Origin: Octopus vulgaris
Taxonomy: Eukaryota
Length of the DNA: 64,000 bases
Direction: 5' to 3'
NCBI GenBank assembly: GCA_951406725.2
Contig: OX597831.1
Coordinates: 34,100,001-34,164,000 of the forward strand
Positions 40,625-54,488 of the stretch are shown here, piece after piece. The notes under the pieces were generated by a model. It saw only the letters and a program-made list of their open reading frames with translations, had not been told where the DNA came from and ran no database searches. The position numbers and the translations under genes are program-made. The first letter of the stretch is position 1. Each line of letters opens with the position of its first letter.

Positions 40625-41814
40625 CATACTTTAAGGAATTTTACGGGAAACGTTTTTGAGTACGCGCATAAAATCTTCTATGGAAGGAGATGGAATTGTT
40701 ATGATAGTACTAAGTGTCTAGATTGTGTAGTTGTTCTCTGTTGATAGGGAAAGAAGGTGGGGAAAGAGAAACGAATGGTAATGATAGAGGAGAAGGAGGA
40801 GTACGTGGTAAGGATTTCTTGTTTTGATATTTACACGTGCACATGAAAGGAACATAGGTCATTGGTATGACTTTAGGCACAGCAGGCGTCCCCTTAATGA
40901 ATTCAAATATTGCAGAGCAAGGTAGCAAATTTTGTTTTTATGTTGTCAGTTTGAAGTGTCAGTCACGGATCAGGCTAGTGAATGGGTCGCCGGATATATT
41001 GGGTTGTCAGATGTCCACGGATATTACAAATTGTATTGTATTCATCCCAGGAATGTGGAATATGGTCACAAAAAACTTTATTTGTGCAAACGTGCATAGC
41101 GATACATTAAAATATAAATTCCATCCTTGGATTATGGTTATGGTTATTACTGTTATTATCATTTTTTTATCTCAAATTTTGTTGTAACTCCTTGAGTATT
41201 GGATGCATAGCGGCTTGCTGCCTGCAGCCTACCGACCCATGCTATCTGTTTCGTTTCAATTAGTTAATACTTATTCTGGCCCTGCCAAGGAGGCAAAGTT
41301 TTTTGTAATAGCCGTACTGGACACACTATTCCGATTTCTTTTATATTCCTCTTGATACCTTTTGATACTATCCCCAAGGAACCATACTATTATTATTTTT
41401 ATTATTATTGATTGATTGAAAGAGCAGTGCATGTAACCAAAGTGACATTGGGGTAAAATATACGAAGCCCAGTATACCCATCATGTTTACCTGTCTGATA
41501 AGGGTACACAAGGCACATGCATCACAACCATATGTGTGCGACATGGTGATCTGATATCAAGATAAACAGCACATGACCTTTCAGGTGGGGCCCAGTTAGA
41601 TTTTTCTTCAGGTTGAGTAGCCTATCCCGCTCAAAAGGTCCCTGAATTAGTGTTGTTTAAGGATGTTGAACAAAGCACCCACGTTTCGTGAATTATGCAA
41701 CACATAATCCCTCTCAACACATGGCTATGATGCTCCACGACTATTTCTGCTCGTGATCAGAGATGCACATATCGTCATATTATTATTATCATTATTATTA
41801 TTATTATTATTATT

Positions 41815-41853
<39 letters not shown>

Positions 41854-41859
41854 ATTATG

Positions 41860-42002
41860 TATTTCTTTATTGCCCACAAGAGGCTAAACGTAGAGGGGAC
41901 AAACAAGGACAGACAAACGGATTAAGTCGATTACATCGCCCCCAGGACGTAACTGGTACTTAAATGATCGACCCCGAAAGGATGAAAGGCAAAGTCGACC
42001 TC
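41860..42002 (-). mobile_element. Headless family A SINE
   Basis: Begins (minus strand) at GAGGTCGACTTTGCC and ends AAAGAAATA. Confidence 0.85.
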
Positions 42003-42012
42003 AAAAATAAAG

Positions 42013-42085
42013 TTCCCATGCCGGGAATCGAACCCGGGCGCCTGGGTGAAAGCCAGGAATCCTAACCACTAGACCTAGACATATG
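42013..42085 (-). pseudogene. tRNA-Glu(TTC) pseudogene
   Basis: Minus strand reads GGTCTAGTGGTTAGGATT-CCTGG-CTTTCAC-CCAGG-CG-CCCGGGTTCGATTCCCGG-CATGGGAA. The 5' acceptor strand is disrupted by a GTCTAG duplication. Followed by CTTTATTTTT. Confidence 0.85.
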
Positions 42086-44583
42086 TATACATTTGTCAAT
42101 CACTGTTATCGAACTGCGAGCGACGTTGTAAGAAAGCAGCCGCGTGAACAACTCTGCTATGACTGCATTTGTCTGTGTGTCTTTTGATTTTTATGCTTGT
42201 GTGATTTTACATGATTGTGTGTGCTTGCACGCGTGCGTGTATCTATGTGTGTTTTTTTCTACTGCTTGGTTGTTTGTTTATTTGTGTGTGTTCCCATTTG
42301 TTTTTTAAATATATGTGTTTGCAAGTGTAACAAACGTGATAATTTTCGTGTTATAATTTGTTCATTAACTTGCTTACAACAATAATTATCTTTACGTTGA
42401 CGTGTTGAAAGACCATTTTATTTGTCCATTTAAAACTTGATAAGCTATTATAGTAACTTCTTAATTTTTTTTCCTAAAATATTCATTAGTTTTCAGTAGA
42501 CGGAAAATCGCTTGTTTGTAAAGACGGAAATAATAAGCAAAGCAAAAAGAAAGAAAAAAAAAACGGTGTGAATTTTCCGACGTTTATTTCTCTCCCATTA
42601 GTATCAAGCGAAGCAAGCAGAATCATTACGTTGGAATTAGATCTTTATAATGATTTTGTCCGACTCCTATTCTGAGTTCAAATTTCGTCGAAGTCTAGCT
42701 TTTCATCCCTTTATTTTCCTTGAGCCACGCCTCAAATAATCCTGCTTGTCCTTTTCCATAGCGTTTTAGCGACCTTGATCAAAACAGGTCCTCTATACGA
42801 GTCGCAGGTATGTTGTAGGTTAGTTTGAGACCATCAATATTAAACAGAGCAAAGGGTAGCGAGCTGAGAGAATCTAAACAACTGCTTTGCCGTATATTTT
42901 CCGACTTTTCCCATTCTGAGTTCATAGTCTTTCGCGGTCAACTTTACCGATTTTACACAGCCTTTTTTTTTTTTTTTTTTTTAATTTTGATTTATTTTCT
43001 CCAGCCGTTGGACCCACAAGGCCGGTCACACGGTTCCCATGGCTTGTGAGCGACCGAATTCAAAAGAATTCTGAACGGGATGCAGATCCATTGTAGGATA
43101 TTAGACCAATTAATTTTGCTTCAAATTCTTTATATTGACACCAGCACTTGATTCGTACTGTATTTTATCCACCCCGAAAGGAGAAATGGCAAGGTTGACC
43201 TCGGCGGAATTCGAACTCACATGTTGTTTCACTGTGATTCAGAAAACAGCAATATTTGGCAGCCGCGATTGAAATGTCTTACGTAATACCTCAGATGGCT
43301 TCAAGGTTGTGTTGGGTATAAACAACAACGACAGCATGAGTAGAGAGAGAAACAAGAACGGCAATTGCGACAACAACAACAATAACTACAACAATATCAG
43401 CAATAGTAGTAGCAGCAGCTGCAGCAGCAACAAAAGCAACAGCAACAGAAACGGCTTTAACAACAACAACAATAAAATCAACAACATTAATACATAAAAA
43501 TAACCTTGTTACAGTGTTTTGGTGAGCAAGTTGTTGCTTTCATATTGAGGCACTTACGAATATTTTTACACAATGAGATTATGAATTTCTGTCGGATTAT
43601 CATGTAAGTTGTTTTAGATAAAATAATTTTCCATATTATTCATAAATCCCATCTAGGATCAACTTTTACTTTCCATGCTTCTAGGATCGAAAAACACCGC
43701 TTCCATACAATCAATCTGTTCCATCCCTTATCGAATAATTTTATACATTCAGAAACTCATTCAATTATTCCGAAATTTTATCTCTTTTTGTTTTTGTCTA
43801 CTACGACAACGTTTGCGTAATTTCTTCCATCTTGAGAGCGATAAATAGATACTGCCATCTTTAAAGGCGGTAAATCGTATTAATAACCATTTACCAGCTT
43901 TAGGGTGTTGAATTATTCACAATGTCTAACGTTGATGGTTACATAATGTCAGTTTGTATAAAATATATGCACATAGTAATGATAAAGAAAAAAAGATACG
44001 GTAGTTTACTTGAAAATAGATTTGCAGAAACAAGAAAGAACGCTGGCAACATTGTTTCGTACAATGGTTGGAGACATTCTTTCATGGGGGCCATGTGTTT
44101 CGTTGCCGTTCTTCAGTTGTCTCAATAAATTTTAGGCAAAAGACCAGATAATATCGATTCTGTTAAAGGGCCGTGAACGCCATTGGTGCGAACAAAAATT
44201 TATTGAAAAATATATTTGGTAAATGTGTCTGAATATCTAAAAACATTTTATCTCCCAAAATAAAAAAGAAATGGCTGCAAACATCATCCATTCAACCATC
44301 CATTTTGTCACCCACTTTTCGAGAAGGGTAGGGAAAGTAGTGTCCTGAAACACCTACTCTACAGGGTCCTCCTATCAGAAGCAATTGTAATTAAATCTCA
44401 CCCCTGGATTCCCATGCGTAACTAACTGGGACTAGTAATATTATGAAACCATCTTACTTGTTTGTGGTCTGCTACCAGTTCTCCGGCCGACTGGCTTGGC
44501 TCCATGAATCTGCCATGTGATAGCGATTCGTTGAACAATGTAGTTGCTATGTCTCACTGAATATCTAAAACACTTCATCTGTT

Positions 44584-44625
44584 CTGCTGATGAAGCGACT
44601 TAAGGGCCGCAAACAGCATGTATCT
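44584..44625 (+). ncRNA. Degenerate hammerhead-like motif
   Basis: CTGATGA-A-GCG...CGC-(G missing)AAAC-AGCATGTA. Confidence 0.35.
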
Positions 44626-45563
44626 ATGAAGTCTTTTATTTTTGCCCAGCAATATTCATCAGTATTCGTAGAAAGGTCGGGGAAACAAAAATCTCATGCA
44701 TGTCCTCTTATAGAGCCCTCTCAAAAATCAACGATTATTAAATTTACTTGCCGGGTTCCAAACCGTCACCAACCGAAACTATCGGAACTATCTAACATTG
44801 TTACTTGTGATTTACACGTATATCTTCTTCTGGTTGCCTCAGTTTGAAGAATCTGTCTAGCGATAGCGATTCGTTGAAAAATGTAATTTGTATGTGTCAC
44901 CGAATTACTACAAAGATAATTCTTGAAAAATATGGCTAGTAGATATTTAATGTTTGGAAATTCTCGTACTTCCAAAAATCAATAAAAATCTCAAGAAGAG
45001 AAGAATAAGAACTTAAGGTATGACCTACAGCAAAATAATTCAGTACACCAGCATGCCAGAGTAGAAAATGTCCCTCATTCTAAGGACACAAAATCATGCA
45101 ATCTGGCGTTTTGTCATCAACAAGAGATACACCAACCGACTCAAGAACAGATGAAGTATTGATTAAAGTAGATAATGTACCAGTTGAATGCTGGGGTAAA
45201 TTTCATTGTGATATCATTATCATGTCTGGTCTATTAGCCTAGATCGTCCTGTCGGTGCTAACTGAAAAATCCCAGAGGATAGAGACATCTTTACCTTCAA
45301 CAATTGGCTCAGGATGATGTTCGTACCAGTAAGTAGGAATGCTGATTTTGTAGTGTTTACATGTTTTCCAATGTAAATACTGTCCTGCCCTATCGTGACG
45401 ATTTTCAAGGAGACGGACTATTGTTTCGTCAAATGTGTCGCAGAATCTGCATTTACGATCAGAACCTTTTTGAAGAATTTTTGTGAGAAAGCTTTGGTTT
45501 TGTGCCGCCTATATGAAACCTCCAGTCTCTGCTTTCAGTCTACAAATTCTCGGTCACTGATGG

Positions 45564-45642
<79 letters not shown>

Positions 45643-45682
45643 GTTTAGAACTGATAAACAAACTTAACAACAACAACAATAT

Positions 45683-45746
<64 letters not shown>

Positions 45747-46270
45747 TAGATAGATAGATATAACGGTAAATAGTTTGCCGTAGCTTCTCCTCATTCAGAT
45801 ATTTCATACACCAAGTGTGAATTATATCTATTTCTTATAACATAATATATATATTTCAGCTATGTTTCGTGTCACCTTTAGTTTACTAACCGTGTTAGCT
45901 TATTTCAATTATATTTCAATATTAAAGCTAAGGGGATTCATAAACGTTTATCATTCGTTTTATATTCATATGGCGTGAACAGAAACTCAATTACATGAAG
46001 TTGACTTTGTGGGTTTGTAATAAAATTCTTAGTGCTATGTTGACAGTACCTTTTGAATACGGCGGAAATAGGTGTATGTGCATATATATGTGTGTTTGTT
46101 TATGCATGTATATATATATATATATGTGAGTATGTACGTATAGGTGAGCATGTATAAATACGTCTGTGTGCCTTTCGCGTGAGTACATGAGTATACACTC
46201 TGCTTTATTTAAATATACTGTGTCTGTCTGTTTCTGAAGTTTATATAAACACCTTGCATTCAATCTTTTT

Positions 46271-46330
<60 letters not shown>

Positions 46331-46334
46331 TACA

Positions 46335-46367
<33 letters not shown>

Positions 46368-46465
46368 GCACACACACACGAATACACGGAAAAATATTTG
46401 TTTTTCTGCGTCTGCATGTATTCATGTACAACATCCACATATGTATAAATAAATGCATATACATA

Positions 46466-46534
<69 letters not shown>

Positions 46535-46971
46535 GTATATATATATATATATATACATATGTGTATGTGTTGAAGTATATTTTAATTTAGATTTGAATAA
46601 TACTTTTCAATGTCCTTCATAGTTCTTCATGTTAAATCTTAAAGCTCTCTTATGAGTTGGATTACATATATTGCCGCACAAAATATATTTTATTAATATC
46701 TTGATATTTATCTAAAGCCTAAAAGTAACTCGGCAAAGCTGCGTTTCATTTATTCTCTCGCAAAATTTATTTAAGCCTCGTTTTACGTCATTTTCTTACG
46801 CATGCATTCATCCTAAGCAATCTTTTCATTTCACTCAACTTGTTTCCAAATCTTGATAAGTATCTTTTATTTATATTTCCTTTATATTTGCTTATACATA
46901 ATGTCGTTTCTTGTTTAAGCATTTCATATGAATATTTAGAAATTTCTGATATTTTTCTCGACACGGTGAAA

Positions 46972-47130
46972 GCGTGGCTGTGTGGTTAGACGTTTGCTTC
47001 CCAACCCATTTAGTTCCGAGTTCAATCTCACTGCGTCGTGTCTTGGAAGAGCCCCTTCTACTGTAGCGTCAGGCCAACCAAAGCCTTGGGAGTGGATTTG
47101 GTAGCTAGGTATTTGAAAGAAAACCGTTAT
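46972..47130 (+). mobile_element. Degraded family B SINE 5' half
   Basis: GTGGCTGTGTGGTTAG...AAAGCCTTGGGAGTGGATTTGGTAG. Confidence 0.7.
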
Positions 47131-47131
47131 T

Positions 47132-47320
47132 GTCGCCATGATAGATCGTTAGCCACTACATACATTTTTTTCTCTCCTTGTTTTTTCTGTGTCCCTTCCC
47201 GTGGAAGAGTGTAGGCTCGAAACGTAAAATACTTTTTCTATTCCTGAGCGTTATACTAATACATCTGTTTTTTTTTTGTACAACACCTGTCTTCGTCTTT
47301 TGGTTTTTCGTAAACTCTCC
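47132..47320 (+). mobile_element. ~190-bp hammerhead-bearing element ending at (TA)n (second subfamily)
   Basis: Homologous to 61220-61395 (minus) and 47910-48060; contains GAAGAG-TGTAGG-CTCGAAACGTA. Confidence 0.7.
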
Positions 47321-47341
47321 ATATATATATATATTTATATG

Positions 47342-47408
<67 letters not shown>

Positions 47409-47909
47409 ACGTATGTATATTTATCTATCTATCTATACATATGCATGTTTGTATTGTAAGTATGTATATATATATCTCTCTATATATATGTACATTTGAC
47501 AGCTACTGCTTCTCTTCATTTTTACCCACCTCTCCTCTCATCTCTTCATTGATACCCCCTCTACCCACACACCCCTCGCTACCCCAAACCCACATCTCCA
47601 CACCCTACCTATACATCTCCACCACACCCAAACTCCTGAACTACACACCACAGGCCACATTACACCGCCACACCACATCACACCACTACACACTAGCATT
47701 CACCACTTCCCAGCCATCACCACACACCATCATCTGCACACCCACATACTATCATCTGCACACGCACTCACATCCCCATACGTCAAAGTCACTAGCCTCT
47801 AACCACACACACACACGCACACATTCTCACATACACACATGCACGTGCACCCTTGTTTTATGATCACCCCTTCTTTCTACCTCTCCTGTCAAACCTTTTT
47901 TCCCAACCA

Positions 47910-48060
47910 GTCGCCATGCTTGCTCGCTAAATCCACAAGTAATTTTTGTTCTCTCTGTATATTTTCTCTTACTCTTTTCTGCGGAAGAGCGTAGGCTCGA
48001 AGCGCAAAGTACTTTCCCACTTTACAGAGCGTCAAACTACTACACCCGCTTTACATCTTT
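47910..48060 (+). mobile_element. Diverged copy of the hammerhead-bearing element, preceded by CA-rich low complexity
   Basis: GTCGCCATG...CTTTTCTGCGGAAGAGCGTAGGCTCGAAGCGCAAAG...AGAGCGT. Confidence 0.6.
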
Positions 48061-50030
48061 TACTCTACATACTCAAACTTCTTTTGGATTCAACGCACTC
48101 CCCTCCTCTCAATAACTCTCCCTCACTCCCTTACAAGATAACTTTTCCTCCTATGTTATTTTTATTCATTTATTTATTATTTTTAATCATTTTTTATAAC
48201 TGTTATCGATTATCGATTTTTTAACGTTTATTCCTTTATTTTTCATTCATTCTTTTATTCATTTTTTTACTGGTTTAAAACCTTTTTTTAGTCTTTTATT
48301 TTCATTTAATTTTATTTTCGTTTATTTCTGTTACTGTTGTACTTGTTTAATTTGACTTTTTATTTTATCTATTTATTATTTCTATTTTTCATTTTTTTTA
48401 TTTTTATCTTATTTTATTTTTTATTTATTTTATTATTCAATTTTTATTTAATATCTATTTAATTTTTTTTATATTATCATTTTATTTTTATTTTATTTTT
48501 ATCTTTTATGTGTTCATTTTTAAATCTTTTTTTATATATGTCAATTTTTTTCCCTTTATGTTTTTTTGTTACCAATTCCTACTTATTCCTATCATTTGCA
48601 CTCCTTGTTATTTGTATTAATTTTTTATCTCCTATTCGTATACCACACACCATATATCACCAACCCCCCCTCTCTCTCTCTTACGTACGCACACACATAC
48701 ACAAATGCACACATACTCCCACACACAACCATCTAAACACAACGCACACGCATACACATATATACACGCACGTTCATAGACTTCCACACACATACGCAAC
48801 AGAGTGATACATAGAGATAGGTACACTCACACTCACATTTACACATTTTTACTCACATTTACACAGAGAATGTGCGACAGAATGACACACAAAGATAAAC
48901 GCACACACACCTCACCCATACATGTGCACACACATACAAATATACGCTTTCCAACTTGGTTCACGCACACATATGCCAACACACACGCACACACGACCAC
49001 CACCCTCACCCACTCACACAACCACACCCACCCATTCGCACACCCTTCAGACAACGCATCCTCATTCCACCTCACACTCTTTCCCTCCATACACATACAC
49101 ACACACACGCCACAGGCACACACATACATGCAAGCACACACACATGCACGCACAAACACGAAAGCACATATACCTCCACATACGCAGCACACACACAACA
49201 TACACATACATATACGCACACACACACACTCATACACTCACACATGCACACACGCACGCACGCACACACATGAACGCAGATATACCTCCACACGTATACA
49301 TACATGCACACACATACACACACGTACATACACGCGCATACACATATACACACGTACACACACACGTATTTACACACACACGAATGAAAATATACCTCCA
49401 CACACAGAACACACATATACACGCTCACAATACACTGGCAATATTACTTTACCCTATTTTTATATAGTAATATTTCAAATATACCGTAAATGGTCGTTTT
49501 ACATACCGAAGACTGCTCGGTCGAATTAATTAATAATTAATTAATTCTACCCTTTTTTATTGACAATATAATGCTTTCTCCCCAAGAATTAACTACAGTT
49601 TTGCCTCTGTAGGAATGCACTACTCTGTGACTTACGTGGGTGGACAGGGAGAATACTAGATCTCATTTGTATTTTTGGATTCGCTAGTACTGGTGGTCTG
49701 GCATGGTTTGTCCAGTGTTACATATATCGGACGGGTATGTTTGATTCTTAGTACTTTCAAATCTAAATTAGAAGAAATCTCTGAGTTGATGAAGGAAATG
49801 TTGGCGTTTAATCAACTAATCCAGAAACAGGCTTGTCCTCGGGTATCTCATATGGATGTGATCTTTCGTTGTTTTTCCCTTATACCTATGTGAGTTATTT
49901 CTGAGTATGCATTGTATGGGAGACTTTTTCTTGCAGTAGAAGAAATAGCCAAATTTTTTGGCTGCTATTTCTAAAAAGTGTGGTAAAGTGTGGTAAAGTA
50001 AATTATTTTACTTTACCCTATTTTTATAAA

Positions 50031-50069
<39 letters not shown>

Positions 50070-50522
50070 TATATACATATATATGTGCATGTAAATGTAT
50101 GTATGAATGTATGAAAGTATGTATGTATGCATATATGTTTGTATAAATGTATGTTTGTACGAATATATGCATGTATATATATGTATGCAGGCATGTTTAT
50201 ATGCCAAGGGAAACGTATGCGGATCTGTAGCATGTATGAAACAGCTGGAGAACTCAACATTGAAAATATTAGAGCTGATTATAGCTACCCGGGATCGAAA
50301 TATAGTCAGACTAAACAATCCTAAGAATAACAGTGGAATTAACGGGCTAGTGTGCGTGTGACAAGGGATCAGTTATGGATGACGCTGTTGTGCATACGGC
50401 ACTTTTAGGGAGAATCAGTTTGCAATATATTTTGGGGGCTCGGGCAGTACACACCCTAATCATGCCCTGCAGGAGCAATAGCAGTAGCGACAGCTGCTGC
50501 GGCAGCAACAACAGCAGCAGCA

Positions 50523-50890
50523 GTGGAGGTGCAATGGCCCAGTGGTTAGGGCAGTGGACACGCGGTTTCGATTCCCAGACCGAGCGTTGTGCGTGTTAAT
50601 TGAGCGATAAACACCTAAAGCTCCACGAGGCTCCGACAGGGGGTGGTGGCGACCCCTGCTGTATTCTTTCACTCCAACTTTCTATCACTCTTTCTTCCTG
50701 TTTCTTGTCCCAGACTTCCTACGCAACCGCTGAGCCTGGATGCGCATTCATTCATCCGTCGATGCTCTCGGTGCCGGGGGTTGACCTGCTTTCTCTTCTG
50801 TGGGTCTTAGGAATCGCAAAAGAACCACGTTTAGGACTTCTCCCACTAATGGGACGAAGACCGCTTCGCTCAACAAACCAAGAAACAAAC
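50523..50890 (+). mobile_element. Family C SINE with a third type of 3' tail
   Basis: Family C head and body, then an unrelated tail with the terminal stem-loop CTTC-TCCCA-CTAA-TGGGA-C-GAAG and (CAAA)n. Confidence 0.8.
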
Positions 50891-51418
50891 AAACAGCAGC
50901 AGCGGTAACAACAGCATCGACAATAACGAGGACAAGGATGCTGACAAGTCTAAAACACTTCATGGTCAGATATCATACTAACGGAAACGGAAATGTGAGT
51001 GTCGTAAATAATGGTTTTCAATGTGAAGTTTCTGGAGAGAAATATGATAAACATCCATTGATATTGAAGCTTTATAAATTATATTTATACCACAACGTCA
51101 CTCAGAGAATAATTTAGTATGTGAACCGAAAGAACTAGACATAATCCAACATGCAGTTGACATATATATACAGAGGTATTAACAAGACGTCCAGATCTAA
51201 AGTGCTTTACGGTAATTGGAATTTTACGTTGTAAACACGTGTTAAAGGGATGGAGGCGGTAATTTGTCATGATGTTTTATATTTCCGGGTGGAAATATAA
51301 AGTAAAATGAAAATGGACGGGAAAATTGGAAAGGATTTTAACTAAGTACCTCTCTCTGTCTGTCTCTGTCTGTCTCTGTCTGTTCGTCTGTCTGTGTGTC
51401 TGTGTGTCTGTCTGTCTG

Positions 51419-51455
<37 letters not shown>

Positions 51456-51528
51456 CACTTTCTGTTTGTCTCTGTCTGTCTGTTTGACTGTCTGTCTCTC
51501 CTCTGTGTGCGTGTGTAAACATACATAA

Positions 51529-51620
<92 letters not shown>

Positions 51621-51725
51621 ATATGTATGTATGAATATATATATATTAAAAATGTAACCACATGTGGATCGTTGGCGATTATTTTCCTCCATCTTCCTTT
51701 CCTCTTGGACTTTCCTCCGTCTCCT

Positions 51726-51760
51726 GTTTCTGACGAAGAGATTTGCTCGAAACGTAAAAC
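51726..51760 (+). ncRNA. Minimal type I hammerhead ribozyme motif
   Basis: GTTT-CTGACGA-A-GAG-ATTTG-CTC-GAAAC-GTA-AAAC. Confidence 0.7.
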
Positions 51761-51905
51761 TACCTTTCTTTCCTTCCCTGAGCGTGCCTCCATAACTACC
51801 GTCTCGGCCCTAACCTTGGAGCCCTAATAATCCGTTACAACACTTACCTAGCGTACCTAATCGTTTAGATCACTTGTGAACTAACCCCCCACTTCATACT
51901 TTGTA

Positions 51906-51986
<81 letters not shown>

Positions 51987-52249
51987 AAATAAAAGTTTTA
52001 TTTAAAACTAAAGCTTATGTAGGAGACTTTAAGGTAGAGTATTCAAATGTTATGGGTATCTCCCTTTTAGTGTGCCTGCAGAACCCGTTCACCGCTTGCG
52101 GCTACCAGGCTTCTTCTGCAATATGGGCTGCATTCGATGTCATTAGATCTAGGGAGCAGTGCAGAAATAAGCCGAAACGATCGTTGTCCTAAATAAAGCT
52201 TCTAGTACACTCTGGCTTCCATATTAATCATCTAGAATTTATGATTATA

Positions 52250-52652
52250 TTCTTTTATTCTTTTACTTGTTTCAGTCATATGACTGCGTCCATGCAAGAG
52301 CACCGCCTTTATTTGAGCAAATCGCACACAGGACTTATTCTTTGTAAGACTAGTACTTATTCTATTGGTCTCTTTTGCCGAACTGCTAAGTTACGGGGAC
52401 GTAAACACACCAGCATCGGTTGTCAAGTGATGTTGCATGAGTGCATGTGGGAAAACCACACACAAGCACATACACAGATATATATATATACGACAGGCTT
52501 CTTGAAGTTTCCGTCTACCAATTCCACTCACAAGGCTTTGGTCGGCCTGAGGTATAGTAGAAGACACTTGTCCCAGGTGCCATGCAGTAGGACTGAACCC
52601 AGAACCATGTAATTGGTAAGCAAGCTACTTACCACTCAGCCACTCCTGCGCC
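52250..52652 (-). mobile_element. Family B SINE
   Basis: Reverse-strand copy. Confidence 0.85.
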
Positions 52653-52777
52653 TATATATATATATATATATATGTTTGTCGTATTACTTCGATAATGCTC
52701 AGAAATCCTACAATATCAATTGTCAGTTAACCTTCCGTTCTCGACAATTTCATTGTGGCAACATACATGCTGGTAAG

Positions 52778-53210
52778 AAGGCGAAGTGGCAGAAACGGTA
52801 GCGCGCTGGGCGAAATGCTTAGCAGTATTTCGTGTGTCTTTACGTTCTGAGTTCAAATTCTGTCGAGGTCGACTTTGCCTTCCATCCTTTCGGGGTCGAT
52901 AACTTAAGTACCAGTTGCTTACTGGGATCGATATAATCGAATGGCGCCATCCCTAAATATTTCGGGCCTTGTGCCTAAAGTAGGAAAGAATATTTAAAGG
53001 GTGAGCTGGCAGAAATGTTTTCACGTCAGGCGAAATACTTAGCAGTATTTTGTGTGCCTTTACGTTCTGAGTTCAGATTCCGCTGAGGTCGACTTTGCCT
53101 TTCATCCCTTTGGGGTCGACAAATTAAGTACCAGTTGCGTACTGCGGTCGATCTAATCGATTGCCCCTCCCCCCAAAATTTCGGGCCTTGTGCCAAGAGT
53201 AGAAAAGAAT
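52778..53210 (+). mobile_element. Tandem dimer of short-tail family A SINEs flanked by ~60-bp direct repeats
   Basis: Flanks 52712-52771 and 53208-53267 are near-identical. Confidence 0.85.
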
Positions 53211-53476
53211 ATCAATCACCAGTTAACCATTCGTTCTCGGCAATTTCATGGTGGCAACATACATGCTTGCTCACGAAACCGCAGAAAATTATACCTAAAA
53301 AACGTCTGCAAAAATTTCTGCTTACACTGTATGAGTAAAGGTGGCATTCTCTATATATTTTGATGTATGATCTTCCTGTGTGTTATCGCTTTCACTGGAG
53401 TTGTTCCTTTTCTATTAAAATCGATTTTACTGCGGAAGTGTGAAAACACGTCTCATGCTGGCACGGATAAATAGAG

Positions 53477-53517
<41 letters not shown>

Positions 53518-53606
53518 TGTGTGCAATATACGTGAAAGTCACAAACAGACTAATATACGTATATATATATATGCATTTTAAAGATATGTATGTAAATTTA
53601 TTTCTG

Positions 53607-53644
<38 letters not shown>

Positions 53645-54076
53645 CATTCATACATATATATCAATACATGTGGCATATATCGTTACATAAAAACAGGCGC
53701 ACACACAAACGTACCCACACAGGTACACATATACACACTCATATATATGTATGTACGTATGTATATCTGATATAGACTTCCGTTTTCGCTATGCGTCTAT
53801 GTATCCATTTATCTATCTATGACATAAGCATAAACTCATATCTTCTTTCGATAATATATGAATTTACTATTTATTGATTTACTTTGTGAATTACCGTTTC
53901 CTTGAAGGTCATTCAAGAATTGCATTCATTACACGCAAACGCACGCATATATATGTACTTGTATATGTATATGTATATATGTATATATATATGTACATAT
54001 AATTATATGTATGGTGTATGAAATTTTCGAATAACCTTCAAGAAAATGATAATTATATGTAATGTATATTGTAGTA

Positions 54077-54174
<98 letters not shown>

Positions 54175-54317
54175 GAGTGTATTTTTACCTTGTTAACAAT
54201 TAACACGGAAAAATAAATAAACAGTTACCAGGGCAGCAAAAATCTCACAAGTAAAGATGTTGTAACTCCTTGTTTATAAAGGTTGAAACTTCGGGTTTAC
54301 GTTGAATATTTTGAATA

Positions 54318-54441
54318 ATATGAATAAAAAATGGAGTTAACGCAGGTTTAAACAAGTATTTTTACTTTCTACACATGTTTAGAAACATGTGTAGAAAGTA
54401 AAAATACTTGTTTAAACCTGCGTTAACTCCATTTTTTATTC

Positions 54442-54445
<4 letters not shown>
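54318..54445. repeat. Perfect palindrome, 63-bp arms, 2-nt spacer, abutting (TA)n
   Basis: ...TTTCTACACATGTTT-AG-AAACATGTGTAGAAA... Confidence 0.95.

Positions 54446-54488
<43 letters not shown>

Noticed and set aside
42013-42085. Functional tRNA-Glu gene
   Set aside because: The acceptor stem cannot form and the variable region is shortened.
50700-50860. HDV-like ribozyme (GTCCCA...TTCCTACG...CTAATGGGAC)
   Set aside because: P3 cannot form, and TGGGA pairs more simply in the local hairpin TCCCA-CTAA-TGGGA, typical of a retroposon tail.
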